A stretch of DNA of 64,000 nucleotides from Alphaproteobacteria bacterium (GTDB lineage Bacteria > Pseudomonadota > Alphaproteobacteria > Bin95): contig CBDBGH010000003.1 of NCBI GenBank assembly GCA_965205265.1, positions 3,072,001-3,136,000 of the forward strand, in the 5' to 3' direction. Numbering within the stretch: position 1 is the stretch's first letter; every line of letters begins with the position of its first letter. The position numbers and the translations under genes were made by a program. The notes under the pieces are model-generated. The model was not told where the DNA came from. It worked only from the letters and a program-made list of their open reading frames with translations, and ran no database searches. Below, in pieces: positions 1-11,728 of the stretch.

Positions 1-899
1 GGCCGGAAGCGGTTGTGGAGTGGCGCGACGCCGGGCCGGAGGCGCGCGTCCTGCCGGTCTGCAATGCGGGCGTCATGGCAGTGGACGGCCGCCGGCTCTT
101 CGCGCTGCTCGACCGGGTCGGCAGCGACAATGCCAAGGGCGAGTTCTACCTGACCGACATCGTGGCGCTCGCGCGGGCGGACGGGCTGGAGACCGCGCTG
201 GTCGAGGTGCGGGAGGAAGAGGCGCTCGGCGTCAACTCGCGCGCCGAGCTCGCCCGCGCCGAGGCCGTCATGCAGCGCCGGCTGAGAGAGCGCGCCTTCG
301 ATGCCGGGGTCACGATGGCGATGCCGGAGACCGTCTATCTCAGCTACGATACGAGTTTCGGCAGGGACGTGACCGTCGGCCCGCACACCGTGTTCCTGAC
401 CGGTGTGACGGTCGGGGACAATGTCGATATCCGGGCGTTCTGCCATCTGAAGGGCGCGGTGCTGAGAAGCGGCGCGCGCATCGGCCCCTATGCGCGGCTC
501 CGGCCGGGCGCCGATGTCGGGCCGGGCGCCGGGGTCGGCAATTTCGTCGAGGTCAAGAACGCCGTGCTGGAGGCGGGCGCGAGGGCGAACCACCTCGCCT
601 ATATCGGCGATGCGCATGTCGGCGCACACGCCAATATCGGCGCGGGCACGATCACCTGCAACTATGACGGCTTCCGCAAGCACCGGACCGAAATCGGCGC
701 GGGCGCCTTCATCGGCTCCAACACCGCGCTCGTCGCGCCCGTCTCGGTCGGCCCCGGCGCGGTGGTGGGCGCGGGCTCGACCGTCAGCCGCAATGTCGAG
801 GCGGACGCGCTGGTGGTGGAGCGCGCCGAGCAGACCGAGCGCAAGGGCTGGGCGGCGCGGCTGCGCATGCGCCGCAACCGCCAGTCCGCCGGCGACTGA
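1..899 (+). CDS. glmU: Bifunctional UDP-N-acetylglucosamine pyrophosphorylase/glucosamine-1-phosphate acetyltransferase, 5' part outside window
   Basis: [34 protein letters not shown] and GTITCNYDG motifs; hexapeptide repeats; frame open to the window edge; upstream of glmS. Confidence 0.96.
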   Translation, partial: PEAVVEWRDAGPEARVLPVCNAGVMAVDGRRLFALLDRVGSDNAKGEFYLTDIVALARADGLETALVEVREEEALGVNSRAELARAEAVMQRRLRERAFDAGVTMAMPETVYLSYDTSFGRDVTVGPHTVFLTGVTVGDNVDIRAFCHLKGAVLRSGARIGPYARLRPGADVGPGAGVGNFVEVKNAVLEAGARANHLAYIGDAHVGAHANIGAGTITCNYDGFRKHRTEIGAGAFIGSNTALVAPVSVGPGAVVGAGSTVSRNVEADALVVERAEQTERKGWAARLRMRRNRQSAGD

Positions 900-914
900 C
901 AGGGCCCGGCGCCC

Positions 915-2738
915 GTGTGCGGCATTATCGGCATTCTCGGCAGCGGCCCGGTCGCCTGGCCGCTGATCGACGGGCTGAAGCGGCTGGAATATCGCGGCTA
1001 CGACTCCGCCGGCATTGCGGTGCTGGACAACGGCGCCATCCGCCGCCGGCGCGCGGAAGGCAAGATCGACCGGCTGCGCGACCTGGTGGCGGCGAAGCCG
1101 GTGGCGGGCGAGTCGGGCATCGGCCACACCCGCTGGGCGACCCACGGCGCGGCCAACGAGACCAATGCGCATCCCCATGCGACCGGCCGCGTGGCGGTGG
1201 TCCATAACGGCATCGTCGAGAACTTCCTGGCCCTGCGCAGCGAGCTTGAGGCGGAGGGCTGCGCCTTCGTCACCGAGACCGACACGGAGGCCGTGGCGCA
1301 GCTCATCACGCGCAATCTTGAGCGCGGAATGGACCCGGTTTCCGCCACCGATGCGGCGCTGGCGCGGCTCGAGGGGGCGTTTGCGCTCGCCATCCTGTTC
1401 GCGGGCGAGCAGGACCTGATGATCGGCGCGCGGCGGGGCAGCCCGCTCGCCTTCGGGCCGGGCGAGGGCGAGATGTTCCTCGGCTCCGACGCGCTGGCGC
1501 TCGCGCCCTTCACGGACCGGATCGCCTTCCTCGAAGAGGGCGACCGGGCGGTGTTCACGCGCCGCGGCGCGGCGGTGCGCGACACGCATGGCCGCGCGGT
1601 CGAGCGGCCCGTGCGCCGCAACCGGCTGGCGGGCGCGATGATCGGCAAGGGCAATTACCGCCACTACATGCAGAAGGAGATCCACGAGCAGCCGGCCGTG
1701 ATCGGGGACACGCTGCGCGCGCTGTTCAACCCGCTGACGCGCGCGGTCGCGCTGCCGGCGCTCGGCATCGACCTCGCCTCCGTTCCCCGGGTGACCGCCT
1801 CGGCATGCGGCACGGCCTATTATGCCGGCCTCGTCGGCAAATACTGGCTGGAGAGCCTGGCCCGGCTGCCGGTCGATCTCGATATCGCTTCCGAACTGCG
1901 CTACCGCGAGCCGCCGCTGGAGCCGGGGGCCATGGCGCTCCAGATCTCGCAGTCGGGCGAGACCATCGACACGCTGGAGGCGCTGCGCTATGCGCGCCGG
2001 CAGGGGCTGCATTCGGTCTCCATCGTCAATGTCTGGGAGAGCGCGATCGCGCGCGAGAGCGACGCCGTGATCCACACGCTCGCCGGCCCGGAGATCGGTG
2101 TCGCCTCCACCAAGGCCTTCACGACCCAGCTCGTGGTGCTGGCGGCGCTCGCCATCGCGGCCGCGCTCGCCCGGGGCGCGATCGACGGGAAGGAAGCCGG
2201 ACGGCTGACCGAGGCGCTGCTGGAGGCGCCGTCGCGCACGGCGGACATACTGGAGCAGGATGACGGCATCGAGGCGCTGGCGCACCGCCTCGCGACCGCC
2301 CGCGACGTGCTCTATATCGGGCGCGGCACGAGCTACGCCATCGCGCTCGAAGGGGCGCTGAAGCTCAAGGAGCTCTCCTATATCCATGCCGCCGGACATG
2401 CCGCCGGAGAGTTGAAGCACGGGCCCATTGCGCTGATCGACGAGGAGGTGCCGGTGGTCGCCATCGCGCCTTCGGACCGGCTGTTCGACAAGACCGCCTC
2501 CAATGTCCGCCAGGTGGCGGCGCGCGGCGGGCGGGTGATCCTGGTGAGCGACGCGGCCGGCATAGAGGCGGTGGGCGGCGACGCCGAGGCGGCGGTGGAG
2601 ATGCCGGCGGTCGATCCTTTCGTCGCGCCGATCCTCTACGCCGTCCCGGTGCAGCTTCTCGCCTACCACACGGCCGTGGCCAAGGGCACGGATGTGGACC
2701 AGCCCCGCAATCTCGCCAAGGCGGTCACCGTCGAATAG
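915..2738 (+). CDS. glmS: Glutamine-fructose-6-phosphate transaminase (isomerizing)
   Basis: N-terminal MCGI, LEYRGYDSAG, GHTRWATHG, ELKHGP, C-terminal PRNLAKAVTVE; 607 aa. Confidence 0.98.
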   Translation: MCGIIGILGSGPVAWPLIDGLKRLEYRGYDSAGIAVLDNGAIRRRRAEGKIDRLRDLVAAKPVAGESGIGHTRWATHGAANETNAHPHATGRVAVVHNGIVENFLALRSELEAEGCAFVTETDTEAVAQLITRNLERGMDPVSATDAALARLEGAFALAILFAGEQDLMIGARRGSPLAFGPGEGEMFLGSDALALAPFTDRIAFLEEGDRAVFTRRGAAVRDTHGRAVERPVRRNRLAGAMIGKGNYRHYMQKEIHEQPAVIGDTLRALFNPLTRAVALPALGIDLASVPRVTASACGTAYYAGLVGKYWLESLARLPVDLDIASELRYREPPLEPGAMALQISQSGETIDTLEALRYARRQGLHSVSIVNVWESAIARESDAVIHTLAGPEIGVASTKAFTTQLVVLAALAIAAALARGAIDGKEAGRLTEALLEAPSRTADILEQDDGIEALAHRLATARDVLYIGRGTSYAIALEGALKLKELSYIHAAGHAAGELKHGPIALIDEEVPVVAIAPSDRLFDKTASNVRQVAARGGRVILVSDAAGIEAVGGDAEAAVEMPAVDPFVAPILYAVPVQLLAYHTAVAKGTDVDQPRNLAKAVTVE

Positions 2739-4257
2739 GCCGGACCGTCCTGCCGATCAGCAGGCAGACGGGCAGCATCGGCAGGATGCAGAACACCGCC
2801 ATGGCGATGAAGCCGTCCTGGAAGCCCAGCATGTTCGCCTGCGCGGCCACGACATGGCCCAGATAGTCGAGCGCGGCCTGCTCGCGCACGCCGTCGGGCA
2901 GGCCGGCGCGCCCCAGCAGCCCGCCCACCCGGCCTAGAAGTTCGCGGGTGGCGTCGTTGGCGGCGGTCTGCGTCGCGGCGAAGGCGTCGCTGTGGTGGCC
3001 GATGCGCCGCTCCAGCACCACGACCAGGATGTTGATGCCGCAGGACCCGCCCAGCATCAGCAGCAGGTTGACCACGCCCGCGCCGCTGTCGAGCTGGCGG
3101 GGCTCCAGCGCGGCGAGCGCGGTGTTGTTGATCGCGGGCGTGACGAAGGCGACGCCGATACGGTTCACCAGCAGGTAGCCCGCAATGGTCCAGAAAGCGG
3201 TGTCGCTGTCCGCGCCCGCCATCAACACCGCGCTCACCAGGGCCGCCAGCATCCCGCCGATGACGATCGTCGGGGCCGGGAAATGGTCCGAAAGCCGCCC
3301 GGCGAGCGGCAGCAGCAGCGCCGCGACGACGCAGCCCGGCAGCAGCAGCGAGCCCGCCTCGGTCGCCGTCATGCCCGGCACGATCTGGCCGAAGACGGGG
3401 AAGATATAGACCGTGCCGAAGGAGGCGAAGGCGAAGACGAAGCTGGTCGTGCCCGCCGCGGCGAAGCGCAGGTTCCGGAAGAGGCCGAGATCGAGCAGGC
3501 TCGCGTTCGGCCGCAATTGCGAGAGCACGAAGCCCGCCCCGGTCGCGACGAACCCGCCCCAGACCGCCAGCATGTAATCCGAAAACCAGCCTTCGCGCTG
3601 GCCGGAGGCGATGCCGGTGGTGAGCAGGAAGATGGCGGCGGCGACGAGCGCGAAGCCCAGCGCGTCGAAGGGCTCCGGCGGCGCGCGCTGCTCGCGTTCC
3701 GGAATGAAGACCAGGCCCAGGAAAAACGCCAGCGCGGCCGCCGGCAGCGGCACCAGGAAGATGTAGCGCCATTCCAGCAGGTCGATGGCGAGGCCGCCTA
3801 TGGCGGGGCCGAGGCCGAGCGCGAACACCACGCCCATGCTGAACAGGCCCATGGCGAGGCCGCGCCTGTCCGGCGGGAAGACCTGGAACAGCACCACCAT
3901 GATGAGCGGCTGCACGATGCCGGAGGAGAGGCCTTGGACGATGCGCCCGAAGACGATCAGGCCGAAATTGGGCGCCCACCAGCAGATCATGCTGCCGACG
4001 CCGAACAGCACGAGCGAGAGCGCGAAGGCGTTGCGCTGGCCGATGCGCGCCACCAGCCAGCGGTTGAGCAGCAGGCTCGCCGTGTTGGTGGCGAGGAAGG
4101 CCGTGGCGAGGAACTGCGCCCGGTCCTGCCCGATGCCGTATGCGCCCATCACATGCGGGATCGCGACATTCGCCATGGTGCTGGAGAACACCATGGTGAA
4201 GAACGCCAGCAGCCCCGTCACGGTGACGAGCCAGATATAGAGCGGGCTGCGGTCCAA
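2725..4257 (-). CDS. DHA2 (EmrB/QacA) family MFS efflux permease
   Basis: 510 aa with many TM segments; GRIVQG, GPAIGG, WRYIF and FDALG motifs; its stop overlaps the convergent glmS 3' end. Confidence 0.88.
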   Translation of the reverse strand: MDRSPLYIWLVTVTGLLAFFTMVFSSTMANVAIPHVMGAYGIGQDRAQFLATAFLATNTASLLLNRWLVARIGQRNAFALSLVLFGVGSMICWWAPNFGLIVFGRIVQGLSSGIVQPLIMVVLFQVFPPDRRGLAMGLFSMGVVFALGLGPAIGGLAIDLLEWRYIFLVPLPAAALAFFLGLVFIPEREQRAPPEPFDALGFALVAAAIFLLTTGIASGQREGWFSDYMLAVWGGFVATGAGFVLSQLRPNASLLDLGLFRNLRFAAAGTTSFVFAFASFGTVYIFPVFGQIVPGMTATEAGSLLLPGCVVAALLLPLAGRLSDHFPAPTIVIGGMLAALVSAVLMAGADSDTAFWTIAGYLLVNRIGVAFVTPAINNTALAALEPRQLDSGAGVVNLLLMLGGSCGINILVVVLERRIGHHSDAFAATQTAANDATRELLGRVGGLLGRAGLPDGVREQAALDYLGHVVAAQANMLGFQDGFIAMAVFCILPMLPVCLLIGRTVRPIRR

Positions 4258-4346
4258 CGGGCGCTCCTGCCGGAAGCCGGAAGAGGAGGATAATAGGCCG
4301 CCCGAACCCGGTGGAAAGGCCGGGCCGGTCCCGTGGAGCCTGTCGC

Positions 4347-5630
4347 TCAGAACTGCCTGACGAAGGAGAGCTCGGCGCGGTTGCGGTCGTAGTCGAGGGC
4401 CTGGGCGTTGGTCTCGCGCTCCTCGCGGATGAGCGAGAGGCGCGGGCTGAAGCCGGCGAGCGTGAAGGCGCGGTTGTGCACCGAGAGCGAGAGCGTCCGG
4501 GTCTCGTCCTCGCGCGGCTCGCGGTCGATGGTGCGGTGGGCGAAGCCGCGGCCCCGGTATTCGGTGCGCTGCAGGGAGGCGCGCAGGCCCAGGGTGAAGC
4601 CGGCTGGCAGCGCCAGCGTTGCGCCCAGGCTCGCCTGCGGGCCGCTATTGCGCCAGTGCTCCAGATTGGCGCGGGCCCAGCTCCAGCCGGCATTGCCGCC
4701 GAAGCGCAGGATCGGCAGCGCGGCCCAGCTTGCCCCCAGCGAGACATCGCCCACCGGGCCGTCGAGCCAGTTGCAGTCGCGGCAGTTGCGCCGGGCGGCG
4801 CTCACCCTGCCGAACAGGCCGAGGCGCGGCGTCAGCACATGCTCGCCTTCCAGCCGGATGCCGAAGCGGTCGGTCTCGGGCATGCCGGCGGTCCATTGCC
4901 GCTCTACGGTCGCGAGCAGGCTGGCCTCGGTGCGGGCGTCGATCAGCCGGCGCGGGCCGAGATGGGCGGCGAGGAAATGCCGGTCGAAATCCCCGCCCTT
5001 GTATTCGCGGATGCTGGCATTGGCCCCGGAGCGCAGCCGGAGATTGTGGGAGAGTGGATACTGGTATTCGCCCCCGCCCCAGATCGAGACGCCGACGCCG
5101 GATTCGGGCTTCGCGGGGTCGTCGAGGGTGAAGGGCAGGCGGCCGAAGGGCGTGTCGAGGAAGACCGTGCGCTCGCCCGAGGCGGCGTTGAGGTTGCTGT
5201 CGGGGGCCAGCGCCGCGCCGAACTGCGCCTCCCAGCGCCGCCGCGCGCGCATGACGCGCAGGAAGCGGACGATGTTGACCGCCACGGCCTCGGGCGGCTT
5301 GCCGGCCAGCACCTGCTCGAAATGCCGCCTTGCCAGCGTGTCCTCCTCCTTCAGGAAGAAGGCGCGGGCGAGTTCGAGCCGCACACGCACGAGCTCCGGG
5401 CGGTCCACCAGGATGGCGCGGAAGGCGGCGATGGCCTCGTCCAGCTTCCCGTCGCGGGCCTCCCGGTCCGCGATGGCATGGGCGGCGGTCAGCGCCTCCA
5501 TGCCGGCACGGAAACGCGCTTCGGTGGCGTCCCCCTGGCCGTAGGCGAGCGCGCCCCAGCCGACCGACGCGAAAACCAGGATCGACAGGCCGAGGACGAG
5601 GACGAGGACGAGGGTAAGGAACCGTGTCAT
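4347..5630 (-). CDS. Slam-type surface lipoprotein assembly modifier (TPR + DUF560 beta-barrel)
   Basis: Signal peptide MTRFLTLVLVLV, TPR-like segment AIAAFRAIL...RVRLELARAFF, APDSNLN motif, amphipathic strands, C-terminal Phe (SFVRQF); lies downstream of a TbpB-like gene. Confidence 0.85.
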   Translation of the reverse strand: MTRFLTLVLVLVLGLSILVFASVGWGALAYGQGDATEARFRAGMEALTAAHAIADREARDGKLDEAIAAFRAILVDRPELVRVRLELARAFFLKEEDTLARRHFEQVLAGKPPEAVAVNIVRFLRVMRARRRWEAQFGAALAPDSNLNAASGERTVFLDTPFGRLPFTLDDPAKPESGVGVSIWGGGEYQYPLSHNLRLRSGANASIREYKGGDFDRHFLAAHLGPRRLIDARTEASLLATVERQWTAGMPETDRFGIRLEGEHVLTPRLGLFGRVSAARRNCRDCNWLDGPVGDVSLGASWAALPILRFGGNAGWSWARANLEHWRNSGPQASLGATLALPAGFTLGLRASLQRTEYRGRGFAHRTIDREPREDETRTLSLSVHNRAFTLAGFSPRLSLIREERETNAQALDYDRNRAELSFVRQF

Positions 5631-5702
5631 GGCGTTACCCGTCTTTCGATTTGCCCGGACAGGAGGCCGGAAAATTTCATCGGCGGCCCCAATGCGGGCG
5701 GC

Positions 5703-5741
5703 AAAGAAAACCCCCGGCGCGAAAAGGGGACGCGCCGGGGG
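5703..5741 (-). terminator. Rho-independent terminator between the lipoprotein gene and the Slam gene
   Basis: 11-bp stem cccccggcgcg/cgcgccggggg (5711-5721/5731-5741), followed on the minus strand by TTTTCTTT. Confidence 0.7.
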
Positions 5742-5797
5742 AAAGAGGCGGGAGCAGAGAAGCCCGGACGGGCCGGCTCCCCTCCCGAGGTTATCGA

Positions 5798-6523
5798 CTA
5801 CCGGCGGGCGCCGAACCCTCCGGCGATGTTGGCGCCGGCTCCGTCGGCAAAGAACTCGCCGGCTACTGCAAGCGGCGCGGCATTGTCCGTGTTGGCGACC
5901 GTGCCATCCGCGGCGCGAGCTTCCTTCGCATTCTCGAAGAATGAACCCGACCACCTGCCGTATACTGTCGCATCACCGAGCGTTGCGACCGTACCATTGA
6001 AGTTGGTACCAGCCGTGTTAGCTCCGGCACCTGTGGTGGCGCTCGTGAACGCCGCGGTCAAGTCAGTCAAGGTGATCTTCTTGAGTGCGACGCTCCAGCC
6101 CGCCATGGCGCCGGCAGCACCCTGGAAGTTGCTTACACTTCCGGAGATCGAGCCGACTTCCGTTGCATTACCGAACTTTGCCGTCAGCGTGGCATCGGCT
6201 GTGAAGGCTCCAGCCTCCTCGCCGACGACGTACCGCCCGGCAGCATTACCGGTATAGACAGCGTCGCCCGTCACGGCGGCACCGGTAGCATCGCCAGCCG
6301 GGGCTGCTACGTAGGCCGTGGTGCCGGTACCAATGAGATCGAAGGAATAAGTCCCCGTCGACTTGGCCGGCTCCCTCATCCACCAGCCGAAGGTCAGGTA
6401 ACTGCCGTCCTCGCGGTAGGCTGTCTGACCTGCGTTCGGAGCGAAGGTCCATGCGTCGGCAGTGGTGTACGTTCCCGCAGGCGAGACCGAAACCGAGCAC
6501 GACGTTGCACCACCAGCTGGAAC
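5798..6523 (-). pseudogene. 3' fragment of a TbpB-like (Slam-substrate) surface lipoprotein; 5' part missing at the RIT end
   Basis: Frame stays open upstream of the listed ATG (VPAGGATSCSV...YLTFGWWMREP); barrel motifs AVYTGNAAGRY, FTADATLTAKF, GRWSGSFF and IAGGFGA; no lipobox; in-frame TAG inside the RIT end. Confidence 0.75.
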
Positions 6524-6551
6524 ATTTATGCCGAATTCGGCATAAATGTTC
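6520..6551. repeat. 32-bp perfect palindrome adjacent to the RIT end
   Basis: gaacatttatgccgaattcggcataaatgttc equals its own reverse complement and contains TTATGCCG/CGGCATAA cores. Confidence 0.95.
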
Positions 6552-6594
6552 TAATGCCGCAAAAATTTTAATGCCGCGTTTCCGGTATCAGCCC

Positions 6595-6653
6595 CTTGCT
6601 GCACTTGGGTTTCGGGTCCGGAAAACGCGGCATTAATCGGTGGCTTCACAGGG
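6595..6653 (-). repeat. Left copy of the 59-bp perfect inverted repeat of the RIT
   Basis: Reverse complement matches 12717-12775 exactly (ccctgtgaagccaccgattaatgccgcgttttccggacccgaaacccaagtgcagcaag). Confidence 0.93.
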
Positions 6654-6729
6654 TACCCGTTCCGCTTGATCGCACCCGGCTGGCTGCGACTGTGCTCTCC
6701 ATGGGTCAACAGGCACATGGAGAGTTATC

Positions 6730-7986
6730 ATGCCATCAAAGACCAATCACGATGCTGCCGCCCGCCTTGGCGTGAGTTGGCTGACGCCGTTGCGGGCGTC
6801 GTTTCTGGCCGACCTGAAACGGCAGGGCTATGCGCCGGCGACCGTTCGGGATTACGCGACGTCGCTCAAACGGTTTCAGGAGGAGATCGAGGCCCGCTGG
6901 CTGGGTGCCAACGACCTGGACGCCGGAACCCTGAGGGATGTGGAGGACGCCATTCTGGCCTGTTCTTCTGCGGCTCCCCGGCGCCATCGACGTTTCCATC
7001 TCCGCCGATTCGTCACCCACTTGGCGGCCGAGGGGGTGATCGCCGCACCGCCGGTTCCGGAACCGCCTCCCGGTTGGCTTGAGGAACTGGGCCGGACCTA
7101 CGGTGACTGGCTGTGCCGGCACCGGGGCCTGGTACCGTCCACGATCCGGTATCGCCGGTGGTTCCTGAAGCGGTTCCTGACGTTCTGCTTCGGGGGAAAA
7201 TCCGGTGATCTCAATGGTATCGGCGCTGCCGACATCCGGGCGTTTCTTGACCTGCCGCCGGGTCGGCCCTCGACCGGACCGGGCCTTGCCAGTCGGGCAG
7301 ACAGCCTGCGCTGTCTGTTCCGGTTCCTGTTCGCCACCGGCCGGACTCACGCCGACCTGAACCTGTGCGTACCGAAGGTCGCAGCGCCGAGCATGCATGG
7401 AGCCGCCGTCGGCCATCTCTCGGCAGAAGACATTGCGGCCCTGGCCGAAGCCGTCCGTGGCGACACCGTGCGCGCACGCCGCGACCTCGCGGTGCTGCTG
7501 CTGCTGGCCCGGCTCGGGCTGCGGTCGCAGGAGGTCACGGCGATCCGGCTGGCCGACATCAACTGGCCATCCGGAACCCTTCTGGTGCGCGGCAAGGGCG
7601 ACCAGCATGCCGTCATGCCGTTGCCCGTCGATGTCGGCGAGGCAGTTGTGGACTACCTCCTGAACGGCCGGGCCGGATCGGAACAGCGTCTGTTTGTTTC
7701 GGTACGGGCGCCGTACCGGCCGTTCCGAGGTTCGAGCTTCATTCGCAGGATGCTCCAAGAGGCGTTCGCCAAGGCCGGCCTGGCGGTGCCGGAGGGCGGG
7801 GTTCGCTGCCATCTGCTGCGCCACAGTCTCGCCGCCCAGCTGCTGGACCGCGGTGCGTCGCTGGAGGAGACCGGCGACGTGCTGCGCCACCGACTGGCGC
7901 GGACCACGACAATCTATGCCCGCTACGGCATCGGAGCCCTGCGGCCGTTGGCCCGGCCCTGGCCGGCACCGGGGGAGGACGACTGA
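6730..7986 (+). CDS. RIT tyrosine recombinase A
   Basis: 418 aa; LGLRSQE, RGKG, HLLRH, VLRH and TTIY catalytic motifs; TGATG overlap with the next gene. Confidence 0.9.
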   Translation: MPSKTNHDAAARLGVSWLTPLRASFLADLKRQGYAPATVRDYATSLKRFQEEIEARWLGANDLDAGTLRDVEDAILACSSAAPRRHRRFHLRRFVTHLAAEGVIAAPPVPEPPPGWLEELGRTYGDWLCRHRGLVPSTIRYRRWFLKRFLTFCFGGKSGDLNGIGAADIRAFLDLPPGRPSTGPGLASRADSLRCLFRFLFATGRTHADLNLCVPKVAAPSMHGAAVGHLSAEDIAALAEAVRGDTVRARRDLAVLLLLARLGLRSQEVTAIRLADINWPSGTLLVRGKGDQHAVMPLPVDVGEAVVDYLLNGRAGSEQRLFVSVRAPYRPFRGSSFIRRMLQEAFAKAGLAVPEGGVRCHLLRHSLAAQLLDRGASLEETGDVLRHRLARTTTIYARYGIGALRPLARPWPAPGEDD

Positions 7987-8707
7987 TGACCAGCTTCACG
8001 GATCGTCTCGACCAGTGCCTGGCGGAACGCCGCCGCTACGGTGGTAACTGGCTGTCCCAGGCCCGATCGGTCCGACCGTTCGCCGCCTTCGCCGACCGCC
8101 AGCGCGCGGACCGGATCACGACCGAGCTGTTCCTGCGCTGGAAGGAGGGGTACGGATCCGCCGGCCGGTCGACCTGGACGGTGCGGCTGGCGGCCGTGCG
8201 CGTCTTCGCCACCTGGCTGAAGGGCATCGACCCGCGCACGGAAGTTCCGCCCCTGGGACTGGTCCCGGGCAGCTCCCGCCGGGCGCGGCCCTACATCTTC
8301 TCCGACACCGAGATCCGCAGCATCGTGGCCGAGGCGGATCGGCTGCCTTCCTGTACGGGACTGCGCGGACTGACGTATTCCACGCTGTTCGGGTTGCTGG
8401 CCGTCACCGGCATGCGTATCGGCGAGGCCGTCGCGCTGGACGGGCGTATAGCGCGACAATCTGGGTGAGAGCCGCGCGTCAATCAGGATGAGATTCCCCG
8501 GCGGCATCGGCGAGTTGATGATTGTCGCGCGGGGCGCGGATTGCAAGCGGTTTCGGATTTTGATTGTCGCGGCGCGACAAACAGGGTTTTCGGAGAGCGT
8601 TTTGATTGTCGCGGGGGGGCCGTCGGGTCGGAGAAGAGACGGCCCGCGGAGGCGATTCCCGCGGGCTGTGAGTGTTGTGGCCGCTGGGCCGATCTGGCGG
8701 CAGCGGT

Positions 8708-11055
<2,348 letters not shown>

Positions 11056-11728
11056 CTACTCGGAAAAACGTCACCGTTCGCCCAGCCGACCGACCCCGCC
11101 AGAAGGTCCAGGAAAAATTTTTGAGGCGGCGGCCCGGAACTCCGGTCGGGCTACGCCCTCCCTCCGTTCCGGGCCGCCGCCTTCCCCCGTCTCATCCTGA
11201 TTGTCGCCAGCGTCTCAAGCTGATTGTCGCGCCGCACGGGCGGGACATCGGTCTCGATGCGGGCCTGATCCGGGTTCGCCATGCCAAGGGCGGCCGCAGC
11301 CGCACGGTACCGATCACCGGATGTACGGCCGAGCGCCTGCGGGAGTACCGCGTCAGGATGACGGCCGTCCTCGGCCGCACCCCGGACGCCTGGTTCTGCG
11401 GCAGCATGGCCGGGAACCGGATGCTCCGGGGTACCGCGCAGCAGAACTTCGCCAAGGTCGGCCGCAGGCTCGGACTGCGGCCGCCGCAGGTGAAGGGCCG
11501 CACCGTGCGCGGTCCGCACCTGCATGACCTGAGACACACCTATGCCACGAGGACGCTGCTCGACTGGTTTCGGCGGGGCCAGGACGTCGACGCCGAGATG
11601 TACAAGCTCAGCACCGTACTCGGCCACACGTGTCCCGGCGGCACCTACTGGTACATCGAGGCCGTACCGGAACTGCTGGCCCTGGCCAGCGAACGCTCGG
11701 GAACCGCACCCGACCGGAGGGCCGGATC

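Noticed and set aside
2700-2800. Tn7 insertion at the glmS attTn7 site
   Set aside because: The MFS gene overlaps the glmS stop; no Tn7 end, 5-bp duplication or tns genes are visible.
5590-5613. (GACGAG)n repeat in the Slam signal peptide as a phase-variation tract
   Set aside because: The hexamer keeps the frame and only encodes LVLVLV.
8520-8645. Mini-CRISPR (short repeats with dissimilar spacers at a 42-bp period)
   Set aside because: The repeat is only about 10 bp, matches the IS21 end motif and lies inside the IS; there are no cas genes.
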